Of a stretch of DNA of 32,000 nucleotides, positions 21,460 to 30,616 are shown piece after piece. The translations under genes were made by a program, and so were the position numbers. A model generated the notes under the pieces. The model saw only the letters and a program-made list of their open reading frames with translations, was not told the origin of the DNA and searched no databases. Positions within the stretch are counted from its first letter, which is position 1; every line of letters starts with the position of its first letter. Origin of the DNA: Delftia acidovorans NBRC 14950 (GTDB lineage Bacteria; Pseudomonadota; Gammaproteobacteria; Burkholderiales; Burkholderiaceae_C); assembly GCF_001598795.1 (NCBI RefSeq), contig NZ_BCZP01000009.1, forward strand, positions 60,001-92,000, in the 5' to 3' direction.

Positions 21460-23568
21460 ATGAGCACAACCCAGAAGTGGTACGCGATCCGGCGCAAGAG
21501 CGCAATGGCCGCTGCTGCAGCCGGCACGCTGGCTGCCGCTGAAATCTTCATCTATGGCGACATCGGTGAGAGCTGGTGGGATGAAACCGTCAGCGCCCGG
21601 GATTTCGTGGCCGAACTGCAGGCGCTGGACGTTGAAGCGATCACCGTGCGCATCAACAGCGTGGGCGGCAGCGTGCCGGATGGCTTGGCCATCTACAACG
21701 CCATGCGGCGTCACAAGGCCACCGTCACTGTCGAAGTGGATGGCATGGCCTTCTCCATCGCCAGCTTGATTGCCATGGGCGGCGACAAGGTCCATATGGC
21801 CGACAACGCCATGCTCATGATCCATGCGCCCTGGACCTATGCCGCTGGCAACGCGGCCGAGCTGCGCGATCTTGCAGACCAGCTGGATACCTGGGCTGCA
21901 GCAATGGCGACCAGCTATGCAGCCCGTACCAACGACCACGACGGCGCCCTGGCGCTGCTCACCGATGGCAAGGACCACTACTACACGGCGGCCGAGGCCA
22001 AGGCCGCTGGCTTTGTCGACGAGGTCACCGAAGCCCACCCCATTGCGGCCAGCGCATCCCGCGACCTGCCGATTTCTCGCTATCGCTCCCTGCCGTCCGC
22101 CTTGGCGCAGACGGTGGGCTCTCCTGCGGCAACAGCCGCGCCATCCGCTCCTCAAGAGGAACCCATGAACAAGAACCGCAAGCACTCGCCACAGAACGCC
22201 ATTGGCGCTTCCGGCGCCGCTGCTGCAGGTGGCGGAAGCGCCGCACCCGCAGTAGCCACCGCGCCTGAAGCAGCCTCTGTGCTGGCCGCCGACCAGACGC
22301 GGCGCCAGTCCATTCGCACAGCATTCGCCGCTTTCTCCGACCGCCCAGGGGTGGTTGCGCTGCAGCAGACCTGCGAGGATGACTATGGCATCACCGCCGA
22401 GGCAGCCGGCGCACGCCTTCTGGCGCACCTCGGCTCCCAGGCTACCCCCGTGGCAGGCCTTGCCACGGTGGAAGACGAAACCGACAAGCGTCGTGGTGCG
22501 GCTGTCGCTGCGCTGTTGGTGCGTGCAGGCTATGCCACCAAGGATCAGGTGGCTGCGCAGGCGAGCAATCCCTACCGGGGCATGAGCCTTGTGGAGATGG
22601 CACGGGCATCACTGGAGCGCATCGGCGTGTCGGCCCGTGGCATGGACAAGCGCGACCTCGTCGCCGCAGCTTTCACCCAGTCGACCAGCGATTTCCCCAT
22701 CCTGCTCACGGATGCGATCCATCGCACGCTGCTGTCGGCCTACTCGGTGCAGGCCCTGACCTGGCAGCGCTTTTGCAAGCGCGGCTCTGTGTCCGACTTC
22801 CGCGCGCATCACCGGCTGCGCGCTGGCTCCCTGGGCAACCTGCAGCCCAAAAATGAACTGGGCGAGTACAAATCCATCGCCATCCCCGATGGTGAAAAGT
22901 CCAGCATTGCGGCGGCAACCAAGGGCTACATCATCAATCTCAGCCGCGAGATGGTGATCAACGATGACCTGGGTGCTCTCACTGATCAAGCCGCAGCCAT
23001 GGGCCGCAGTGCCGCCCGTACCGTTGAAACGGATGTCTACAAGCTGCTGGCCGAAAACGACGGCATGGGCCCCACGATGGACGACGGCAAAACCCTGCTG
23101 CACTCTGACCACGGCAACGTGGTGACTGCACCGGCCGGGCCGACTACCCAGTCGTTCCAAGACTTCCGCGTGCTCATGGCCAAGCACAAGGACATCAGCA
23201 AGAACGATTTTCTCAACCTCCTGCCCGCAGTGTGGCTGGGCCCGCTCGGCCTGGAGGCGCTTGCAAAGCTGGTGAACCAGGCCCAGTACGAGCCGAGCAC
23301 CTCCAAAAACGCCATGACGCCAAACATCAGCCTGGGCCTCTTCCGGGACATCGTGGGTTCTCCTCGTCTGGAAGGCACACGCCACTACGCGCTCACCGAT
23401 CCGAACGAGGCAGCAGCCATCGAAGTGGCTTTCCTCGACGGCGTGGATACGCCTTTTCTTGAGCAGGAATCCGCCTTCACCACCGACGGCACTCGCTTCA
23501 AGGTGCGCCTTGACTACGGCGTCGGTGCCCATGACTGGCGCGGTATCGCCACCAACGCAGGCGCCTGA
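21460..23568 (+). CDS. prohead protease (ClpP/S14-like) - scaffold linker - major capsid protein fusion (702 aa)
   Basis: The N-terminal 195 aa show a ClpP-like fold pattern (INSVGGSVPDGLAIYNAM...GMAFSIASLIAMGGDKVHMADNAMLMIH...AAEAKAAGFVDEV). A low-complexity Ala-rich linker follows. The C-terminal 330 aa or so are capsid-like. It is a single uninterrupted frame. Confidence 0.8.
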   Translation: MSTTQKWYAIRRKSAMAAAAAGTLAAAEIFIYGDIGESWWDETVSARDFVAELQALDVEAITVRINSVGGSVPDGLAIYNAMRRHKATVTVEVDGMAFSIASLIAMGGDKVHMADNAMLMIHAPWTYAAGNAAELRDLADQLDTWAAAMATSYAARTNDHDGALALLTDGKDHYYTAAEAKAAGFVDEVTEAHPIAASASRDLPISRYRSLPSALAQTVGSPAATAAPSAPQEEPMNKNRKHSPQNAIGASGAAAAGGGSAAPAVATAPEAASVLAADQTRRQSIRTAFAAFSDRPGVVALQQTCEDDYGITAEAAGARLLAHLGSQATPVAGLATVEDETDKRRGAAVAALLVRAGYATKDQVAAQASNPYRGMSLVEMARASLERIGVSARGMDKRDLVAAAFTQSTSDFPILLTDAIHRTLLSAYSVQALTWQRFCKRGSVSDFRAHHRLRAGSLGNLQPKNELGEYKSIAIPDGEKSSIAAATKGYIINLSREMVINDDLGALTDQAAAMGRSAARTVETDVYKLLAENDGMGPTMDDGKTLLHSDHGNVVTAPAGPTTQSFQDFRVLMAKHKDISKNDFLNLLPAVWLGPLGLEALAKLVNQAQYEPSTSKNAMTPNISLGLFRDIVGSPRLEGTRHYALTDPNEAAAIEVAFLDGVDTPFLEQESAFTTDGTRFKVRLDYGVGAHDWRGIATNAGA

Positions 23569-23597
23569 GCGCATTGCTATCAAAGGAGTAGCGGCAA

Positions 23598-23963
23598 ATG
23601 GCAAACAACCACATTGCACCCGGCCGGGTGATGGACTACGTCAATACAGGCGCGGAAATCGTGAACAGCGGAGATGTCGTGGTCTCTGGCAGCACCCTGG
23701 GTGTTGCCCTGGTCAATATTGCGCCGGGAGCCACTGGCTCTGTGGCAGTCGATGGTGTCTTTCGCGTGCCCAAGGTTGCCGGCGCGGCCATTGGCCAGGG
23801 CGTGGCTCTCGTGTTCAAGAAGGCTTCCCAAGCGTTCTCTGTCGGCGCAACTGCTGCAGGCGATGTATCCGGGCCCGCTGCTGTCGCCTGGGCTTCGGCT
23901 GCTCAGGCGGCCGAATGGGTGGACGTCAAGTTCACGGGCGTGCCCGGAACGGTGGCCGCATGA
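23598..23963 (+). CDS. DUF2190-family capsid decoration/cement-like protein (121 aa)
   Basis: AAGGAG SD. Pattern G..V.....G...GVAL..I..G..G.V...GVF..PK typical of DUF2190. It sits right after the capsid gene. Confidence 0.75.
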   Translation: MANNHIAPGRVMDYVNTGAEIVNSGDVVVSGSTLGVALVNIAPGATGSVAVDGVFRVPKVAGAAIGQGVALVFKKASQAFSVGATAAGDVSGPAAVAWASAAQAAEWVDVKFTGVPGTVAA

Positions 23964-24292
23964 TGTCTGCCACGCCGAACCTCGCGCCCTTCGCTGCGGC
24001 GCAGTCAAGGCTGGGCGCCGCCGTGCAGCAGCGTCTGTCCAATGCGATTGCCACATGGCAAGGCGGGTCCAGGTTTGGCGTGCTCTTCGATCGTGACGAC
24101 GAGGACTACATGCCGGAAACCGTCTCGGCAGTTCGCTTGACCGTGTCCATGTGCGTGGCCAACGCGCCAGGCATTGCCGAAGGCGAGAGAGGCCTGGTGG
24201 TGGATGGCCAACCCTACATCGTGTCCAGCCCGGTCATCCCCGATGCCGGAGGCTGGGCCACGTTCGCCGTGATGCCCCAGGGAGGTGCCTGA
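23960..24292 (+). CDS. putative head-tail joining / head completion protein (110 aa)
   Basis: ATGATG overlaps the upstream stop. Size and position are typical of head-tail adaptor proteins. Confidence 0.55.
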   Translation: MMSATPNLAPFAAAQSRLGAAVQQRLSNAIATWQGGSRFGVLFDRDDEDYMPETVSAVRLTVSMCVANAPGIAEGERGLVVDGQPYIVSSPVIPDAGGWATFAVMPQGGA

Positions 24293-24702
24293 TGCTGGAG
24301 CTTGAACCCGTTCTAGCCCAGCGCCTGGCTGCACTGCCGGCCTTCACTGGCTGGCGGATCAGCGGAGGCACCGACGCCGCCAATCGCACCCTGGTGCCAG
24401 GTGCCGATGTACGCATGAGCGGTGCCAATGGCGCTGCTGAGCGGCGCACGGTTTCCCAGCTGCAATTCGTTTGGACGGTGGGTCTTGTCGTCCCCCGGAG
24501 CGACAGCGCAGCCGGGCAACTTGGCGCGGCCATGCGCGCCGCCTTGGGGGCCTTGCACAACTGGCGGCCGGGGAGTGTGGCCGGGCAGGAATGGACCGAG
24601 CTGCAGTTCGCCAATGTCCGCGAAGCGGCCTTCAGCGATTCGGGCCTGGCCGGCTTCGAGATCTCCTTCACCACGACGACCCTGGTGCCCGGCCAGACCT
24701 GA
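24292..24702 (+). CDS. putative neck / tail-completion protein (136 aa; DUF1834/Gp37-like?)
   Basis: TGATG coupling to the upstream gene. Assignment by position; the family call is tentative. Confidence 0.5.
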   Translation: MLELEPVLAQRLAALPAFTGWRISGGTDAANRTLVPGADVRMSGANGAAERRTVSQLQFVWTVGLVVPRSDSAAGQLGAAMRAALGALHNWRPGSVAGQEWTELQFANVREAAFSDSGLAGFEISFTTTTLVPGQT

Positions 24703-24728
24703 CAAACCATTTTCAAGGATCACCCGCA

Positions 24729-25526
24729 ATGCCTATCCAGCACACCTCCAACCAGTACCTGATCCCGCGTGGCCGGGCCTACTTCGACCCCTTCGATGCC
24801 AATGAAGCCTTGACCGGCGAGATCGATCTGGGCAACTGCCCGGACATCAAGATCACTGTTGCCAGCGAAAAGGCCGAGCACTTCAGCAGCCAGACAGGCC
24901 TGCGTGAAAAGGACGGCAGCTGGGTCGTGCAGATCAACCGCACGGGCTCGGTCACCTGCGACAACTTCTCGCCCCGCAATGCCGCACTGTGGCTGTCTGG
25001 CACCCACTCGATCAAGCAGCAGGCGGCGGTTGCTGTGGCTGGCGAAGTCCGCTCGGTGTTGCCCGGCCGCCAGTATCAACTGGGGGCCACCCCGGCGAAT
25101 CCACTGGGCGTGCGCAACGTGACAGAGGTGACCGTCAAGAGCGAGGACGGTCAGACCGATTTCGATGCGGGCGTGCACTTCAACGTCGATACCGAAACTG
25201 GCCGCGTGCAGATCCTGGAGCTCGAGACAGGCGGCATCCCGGCGGGAAAGGTGATGTTCGGCTACAAGCCCGTGGCCGGTCGGTTCGAGTCGGTGGCCTC
25301 GGGCGCCAAGGCTGAGCTCTCCGGCGCGCTCCGCATCGTGTCGAACAACGCTGCAGGCGGAAACCGGGACTGGTATCTGCCCAAGGTCACCCTCTCTCCC
25401 AATGGGGATTTGGCCCTGATCGCCGAAGGCACTGACCCCGTGAGCATGGAGATGGGCCTGGAAGTGCTCAAGCCAGCCAATGCCGAGGCCGTTTACTGCG
25501 ACGGCAGGCCGATCTCCATGCCCTGA
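24729..25526 (+). CDS. putative major tail (tube) protein (265 aa)
   Basis: AAGGA SD. It is the gene immediately before the tape measure and is followed by a strong hairpin, as is common for highly expressed tail genes. Confidence 0.55.
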   Translation: MPIQHTSNQYLIPRGRAYFDPFDANEALTGEIDLGNCPDIKITVASEKAEHFSSQTGLREKDGSWVVQINRTGSVTCDNFSPRNAALWLSGTHSIKQQAAVAVAGEVRSVLPGRQYQLGATPANPLGVRNVTEVTVKSEDGQTDFDAGVHFNVDTETGRVQILELETGGIPAGKVMFGYKPVAGRFESVASGAKAELSGALRIVSNNAAGGNRDWYLPKVTLSPNGDLALIAEGTDPVSMEMGLEVLKPANAEAVYCDGRPISMP

Positions 25527-25536
25527 CCCTCAACCT

Positions 25537-25558
25537 CCACCCGGCGCCTGCCGGGTGG
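25537..25558 (+). terminator. GC-rich stem-loop after the major tail gene (attenuator or mRNA stabiliser; no U-tract)
   Basis: CCACCCGGC / GCCGGGTGG 9-bp perfect stem with a 4-nt loop, followed only by TT. Confidence 0.5.
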
Positions 25559-25630
25559 TTGGCCCTGCGGCTTGCCAAGGACGCAGCGCCAACCATCGAG
25601 CCCCACCCCCACCAGCCTCACCAGCACACC

Positions 25631-28321
25631 ATGGCCTTCAAGCCCATCGAGATCATCATCAACGCCAAGGACAACGCCTCGGCGGTGTTCGGGCGTCTGC
25701 AGACCATGATCGTCACTGTGGGCGCGGCTTTGCTCAGCTATTTCGGCGTGACCGCCTTTGCTGGTGCGGTAAAGGGTGCCGCAGATTTCGAGGAGGCCAT
25801 GAGCCGCGTGAAGGCGGCAACAGACGGCACGGCCGAGGAAATGGCGGCCCTGAGAAAGGCTGCAGAGGACGCTGGGGCAAACACCAAGTACACCAGCGTC
25901 GAGGCCGCTGCGGCGTTGGAGAACCTTGCCAAGGCCGGCCTGAGTGCCAACGACGCTATAGCTGCGCTGCCCGCTGTGTTGTCGCTGGCCCAGGCTGGCG
26001 ACCTCGCTCTGGGCCAGTCGGCCGAGTTCGTGACCAAGGCCGTCATGGGCATGGGCCTTTCGTTCCAGGATGCAGGTAGGGTTGCCGACGTCCTTGCGAA
26101 GGGTGCGAACGCAACCAACACCAGCGTGGAAGGACTGGCGCAGGCGCTGAGCTATGCGGCGCCCGTGGCCAACACGCTGGGCCTCAGCCTGGAAAGCACC
26201 GTCGCCATCATCGGCAAGTTCGCTGACGCTGGCATCGATGCCAGTCGCGCCGGCACGGCCCTCAATTCCATCCTGAGCCAGTTCGCCAACCCCGCAAGCC
26301 AGTTCCGCAAGGAGTTGGGTGCAGCCGGGATCGTCACCACTGATTTCGAGAAGGCACTGCACCAGCTGGCGGCCAAGGGACCGGAGGGAGCTCGGGCCAT
26401 CAACGCCGTGGGCCTTGAGGCCGGGCCCGCACTGCGCGCGCTGCTCAACCAGGGCATGGGCGCGCTGGACGATCTGACAGGCAAGCTGCGTGAGGCCGAG
26501 GGCAGTGCGGCGGCGACTGCAAAGACCATGTCCGACAACCTCAACGGCTCCATCAAAGGCCTGTCGAGCGTCTGGGACTCCCTCACCAATGCGCTGGCCA
26601 CGCCCGTGTTGCCTGTCCTCAAGCAGGCCTTCGATGACCTGGCCCTGTCCTTGAGGGGCATCGTCTCCGATGGCACGGTGACGCGGTTTGGCGAATCCAT
26701 CGCCACCGCATTCAAGAACGGCATCGACTACATACGTCAGTTCCTGCAGACCATCGACTTCCAGGCCGTGGGCGTGAAGCTCCAGGCCTTTGCCGACGAG
26801 ACGAATGCCGCATTCACGAAGGTCGGGGAGTACGCCACCAATGCGGGCAACACGCTGCAGACCGTCTGGGGCGTGATGACGGCAGGGACAAATGCCGTCC
26901 TGACTGTTATCTACGGCCTGGGCAGCGTGTTCGCCGAGGTGGCCAGCTCCATCATGACGGGCGTGTCCAAGCTGCGGCAGGGGCTGGCGACGGTCACCTT
27001 CGGCAAGCTCTCCGAATCGTTCAAGCTCGCGGCGGACGACGCGGTGCTGGCAGCCGAGGGTTTCAGCGATGCCGCCCAGGCGATGCGCGACAAGGCCGCC
27101 GAAGCGTTGCAGGATACGGCCGATGCGGCGCAGACTGCACGAGCCGGGTTTGCCGGTCTGATCGGCGCTTCCAAGGAGGCCGGCGCTGCGGCAAGCCAGT
27201 CATCGCTGAATTTCCGCGAAGTCGCCGCTGCAATCGAAGAGACTGGCCGTAAATCCGCTGAAGCCAAAAAGGCCTCTCTGGACAAGGCAGCTGCGGATAC
27301 TGCTGCTGCAGAGAGCGTCAAGCGCCTGCGGGCCGAATACAGCGAACTGATGGCGAGCGGCAACCTTCAGGCTGCGGCCGAGAAGCTGCGCGAAATCGAC
27401 AAGGCTCAACGGGGAGTGGCCGACTCTGCGAAGTTGGCCGCCGAGGCTACTGCGCTGATCGACCAAGCCTATGCCGACCTGGGCCTGACCACTGGAACGG
27501 AACTCAAGCGCCTGGCCGACCAAGGCCGGGCCGCTTTCAGCCAGCTGGAGAAGGACGGCACGCAGTCTGCACTGCGCATGGCCGACGCCTTCAAGGTGAT
27601 GGCTGAGCGTGCCATTGCTGCCAATGGCGGGATCGTTCCTGCATGGCTGAAGCTGGAGGCATCGGCAAAAGGCTACACGATTGCACTGGACGATGCCGGC
27701 AAAGCGGTCGTCAATACCGACAAGGCCACTCGCAGTGCAACTGGCTCTATGGTTGACAGCCTTGACCGCGTGGGCAACGCCACAAGGCGCGTCAGCGGGT
27801 ATGTGCGAGATCTGGGCAGCGACTTCGGCTTCACGGCGGATGCGGCAATCAAACTGGCCCAGGCTGGCCAGCATCTGGCGGCCGTGCAGGCCCAGAAGAA
27901 TCAGGACACGGCTGATTCGAGCATCACCAAGACGCAAGGTCAGACAAATGCCATCAGCAACTTGGTGCCGGCTTTCGAGACCGTAGAAGAGCTTCGGGCC
28001 TGGAACGAAGAATGGAAGCGCCAATACGGGGAGATGAACCCGTTCTCGGTCAAGAGCAGCGGAGCGCTTGGCAACTACCAATATGACCTCACGCAGTTCG
28101 CCGTTTCCGAGGCGGAAAAGGCGATCAAGCTCAAGCAGGCCAGTGCCACAGGCAAGGCGTCATCCGGCCAAGCCGGCGGCACGACCTCCACCACTCGCAC
28201 GATCAACCTCAACATCAACGGGCGGGCGCTGGGTGCCGTCAACACTGACGCAGCCGGAGAAGCCGCGCTTGAGCGCTTGCTGGATGAACTCGAGCGCAGC
28301 AAGGCGCTTGCGGGGCAGTGA
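25631..28321 (+). CDS. tail tape measure protein, TP901-family core (896 aa from ATG 25631)
   Basis: EEMAALRKAAEDAGANTKYTSVEAAAALENLAKAGLS...LAKGANATNTSVEGLAQALSYAAPVANTLGLS...GKFADAGIDASRAGTALNSIL is the canonical TMP core, followed by a long coiled-coil. The track ORF starts at TTG 25559, which looks less likely. Confidence 0.9.
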   Translation: MAFKPIEIIINAKDNASAVFGRLQTMIVTVGAALLSYFGVTAFAGAVKGAADFEEAMSRVKAATDGTAEEMAALRKAAEDAGANTKYTSVEAAAALENLAKAGLSANDAIAALPAVLSLAQAGDLALGQSAEFVTKAVMGMGLSFQDAGRVADVLAKGANATNTSVEGLAQALSYAAPVANTLGLSLESTVAIIGKFADAGIDASRAGTALNSILSQFANPASQFRKELGAAGIVTTDFEKALHQLAAKGPEGARAINAVGLEAGPALRALLNQGMGALDDLTGKLREAEGSAAATAKTMSDNLNGSIKGLSSVWDSLTNALATPVLPVLKQAFDDLALSLRGIVSDGTVTRFGESIATAFKNGIDYIRQFLQTIDFQAVGVKLQAFADETNAAFTKVGEYATNAGNTLQTVWGVMTAGTNAVLTVIYGLGSVFAEVASSIMTGVSKLRQGLATVTFGKLSESFKLAADDAVLAAEGFSDAAQAMRDKAAEALQDTADAAQTARAGFAGLIGASKEAGAAASQSSLNFREVAAAIEETGRKSAEAKKASLDKAAADTAAAESVKRLRAEYSELMASGNLQAAAEKLREIDKAQRGVADSAKLAAEATALIDQAYADLGLTTGTELKRLADQGRAAFSQLEKDGTQSALRMADAFKVMAERAIAANGGIVPAWLKLEASAKGYTIALDDAGKAVVNTDKATRSATGSMVDSLDRVGNATRRVSGYVRDLGSDFGFTADAAIKLAQAGQHLAAVQAQKNQDTADSSITKTQGQTNAISNLVPAFETVEELRAWNEEWKRQYGEMNPFSVKSSGALGNYQYDLTQFAVSEAEKAIKLKQASATGKASSGQAGGTTSTTRTINLNINGRALGAVNTDAAGEAALERLLDELERSKALAGQ

Positions 28322-28323
28322 AC

Positions 28324-28713
28324 ATGGCAACCACAAACCACACCCTCGGCGCATTGCCGCTGCCCTCCGGAATGATCTGGGTCGATGAGTTCGATTGGAC
28401 CTCTGTGGCCAGGAGCAGCGAACGCAGCATCACGGGCGCCTTGCTCGTTGACGAGGCTGCGATTGTGGCCGGCAGGCCCGTCACTCTTGAGGGCGAGGAG
28501 TCCCAAGGGTGGATACGCAGGGCCACTTTGCTGGCACTGATGGAAATGGCGGATGACCTGGGCCAGACCTACGAGCTCCGTCTGGCTGACGGGCGCACCT
28601 TGAACGTTCAATTTTCAGGTTCGCAACCTATCACCGCAAAGCCTATCGGCCGGCCGGAGTTGCCTGTTGCTGCACACCCCTATGTGGCGACGGTGCGCCT
28701 GATCACCGTATGA
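28324..28713 (+). CDS. distal tail protein (129 aa)
   Basis: Lies immediately after the TMP stop (the GTG at 28318 is also possible). Good codon bias. Confidence 0.7.
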   Translation: MATTNHTLGALPLPSGMIWVDEFDWTSVARSSERSITGALLVDEAAIVAGRPVTLEGEESQGWIRRATLLALMEMADDLGQTYELRLADGRTLNVQFSGSQPITAKPIGRPELPVAAHPYVATVRLITV

Positions 28714-28723
28714 GGACAAGTAC

Positions 28724-30616
28724 ATGACTATCAAAGACGGCGACATCGTGCTGCTCGCCAGCAAGGTGATGGACGACGTGCCCGAGGGCGGCGGCGGTCC
28801 CTCGGGCAACGTGATCGAGTGGGGCGTCAGCAATGGCGTGTTCCCCGATGTGACCGAGGTGGACCGTGCCGGCGGCGACGCCAGCATCCGGCAGCTTTTC
28901 TCTGCCGTGCGAACCCCGAATACAGAGGCGCTGCTGGACGCTAACGTGATCCTGTCGGGCATGCCCACGGACCCCAACGTCAGCGTGACGCTGGTGCCTT
29001 GCGGGGCCTTCGACCGGCGCACCGAGATCGCTGCGGCCATCGCCAGCTATCTGATCCCTGCGCCGGAATGGAACGGCTACCTGCTCGAGAACCACGTTCA
29101 GGGACAGGCCGCCATCCACATCTTCCACCGGCCCGGCACCCCCGCACCCACCATCGGCCGCACCTTGGTGCTGGTGGCAAACGAGGGGGCTGCAAACGAG
29201 GTGCTGCAGTACGTGCGTGTGCTACGGGTCGAGACCGAGACGCAGAGTTTTACGTATTCCGTGTCCGGCGGCTATGTCGACTACCAAGCCAGTGTCACCC
29301 GCTGCGAGATCACGCCGCGCCTGCGCACAGCCTTCGCCGGCAGCCCGCCGAACCGGACGTTTGTTCGTGACCCGGGCAAGACGAAGATCCGCGACACCAC
29401 CGTCGCTGATGCTGCCACCTACTACGGCGCGCAGACCCTGAGCGCTGCGGTCTCCCTCGGCGAAAACGTCCTGCGCGTGTCCAGCATCTACACCCAGCTG
29501 GTGCCCAGCTCGCGTACCGAGTCCGTTGCGCTGGACCAGCGGCCGGCCGGCGTGCGGCAGCTGACCCTGGCCACGGCGCCGCGCGACATCAAGGTGGCCG
29601 CTGCGCCCCACACGCGGCGCATCCGCGTGAGCCAAGAGAACCGGGGCTACTCATGGGTGCACATCCTGCGGCCCTTTCCCGCGCCCAACACCGTGGCCGT
29701 GTCGTTCCAGATCCTGGGCATCTGGTACACGGCCACGGACAACGGGCAGGGTGAGCTGACGGGCGGCGCCGTGGGCACGGTCAACTACACCAACGGCTCC
29801 ATCTCGGTCACGCTGCCGGAGCTGCCTGATGACAGTTCCAGCATCATCTTCCAGTGGGGCGAAGCAAGCGCGTTCGTGAATCGTTCGGGCGCCACGGGCT
29901 GGCGGCTGCCCGAGCATGCGCTGCGCCTGGACCACCGGGGCATCAAGCGTGGCACGCTGTCGATCAAGTGGCAGTCGGCCGGTGTGCTGCGCACGGCCAC
30001 CGACAACGATGGACAGCTGCAGGGCGATGCCACGGGCGAGATCAACTATGCCTCGGGCGCGCTGCTGCTGCGCCCCAAGTTCATGATCGATGCTGGCGGC
30101 CAGTTCGCCATCGAATACGACTACGCGAACATCATCGAAAAGAACGTGGTCGTGACCCCCGATGCGGGCGGCTTCGCCACGGTCAACTTCGACACCGAAC
30201 CTGCGGCCGGGTCGGTGTCCATCGGCTGGATCACGGTGCGCAATCTGTCGGCCAGCTCGGGCGCGTCATCGGCGGGGACGGCGGCCGGCAAGAACACCGG
30301 CAACACCAGCAAGGTGAGCTACATGCCCCAGGTGCCGCCCGTGGCGCCGCCGGCAACGACCAGCCGCGTGCCGCTGCCAGGCAACGACATCTATGCCAAG
30401 TACATGGCCCCAGGCGGCACGCGAGTGCTGACGCAGGAGGCCGTCTACATCGAAGTGACCGCTGCATATGCGCCGGACGGCTACCACTACCCCGTGCCCG
30501 ATGCCACGGGCGTCACCTGGTCCGAGGGGGACTATGCGCAAGGGCAGATCAGCATCGGGGGCACCACCTACAGGCGCTGGGGTTCATCCATCACCAATGG
30601 GAGTAACGGATCATGA
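28724..30616 (+). CDS. tail / baseplate-hub-like structural protein (630 aa)
   Basis: GAGGA SD. Large beta-rich protein in the post-TMP position. Confidence 0.75.
   Translation: MTIKDGDIVLLASKVMDDVPEGGGGPSGNVIEWGVSNGVFPDVTEVDRAGGDASIRQLFSAVRTPNTEALLDANVILSGMPTDPNVSVTLVPCGAFDRRTEIAAAIASYLIPAPEWNGYLLENHVQGQAAIHIFHRPGTPAPTIGRTLVLVANEGAANEVLQYVRVLRVETETQSFTYSVSGGYVDYQASVTRCEITPRLRTAFAGSPPNRTFVRDPGKTKIRDTTVADAATYYGAQTLSAAVSLGENVLRVSSIYTQLVPSSRTESVALDQRPAGVRQLTLATAPRDIKVAAAPHTRRIRVSQENRGYSWVHILRPFPAPNTVAVSFQILGIWYTATDNGQGELTGGAVGTVNYTNGSISVTLPELPDDSSSIIFQWGEASAFVNRSGATGWRLPEHALRLDHRGIKRGTLSIKWQSAGVLRTATDNDGQLQGDATGEINYASGALLLRPKFMIDAGGQFAIEYDYANIIEKNVVVTPDAGGFATVNFDTEPAAGSVSIGWITVRNLSASSGASSAGTAAGKNTGNTSKVSYMPQVPPVAPPATTSRVPLPGNDIYAKYMAPGGTRVLTQEAVYIEVTAAYAPDGYHYPVPDATGVTWSEGDYAQGQISIGGTTYRRWGSSITNGSNGS

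Noticed and set aside
19538-22428. 627-aa and 498-aa minus-strand ORFs (19538-21421, 20932-22428), plus 22609-23619
   Set aside because: They are antisense to the portal and protease-capsid genes, whose products are recognisable. They are shadow ORFs.
25559-25630. TTG-initiated 24-codon extension of the tape measure
   Set aside because: The extension (ALRLAKDAAPTIEPHPHQPHQHT) starts inside the stem-loop at 25537-25558 and looks non-coding. ATG 25631 (MAFKPIEIII) is more typical of a TMP N-terminus, although neither start has an SD.
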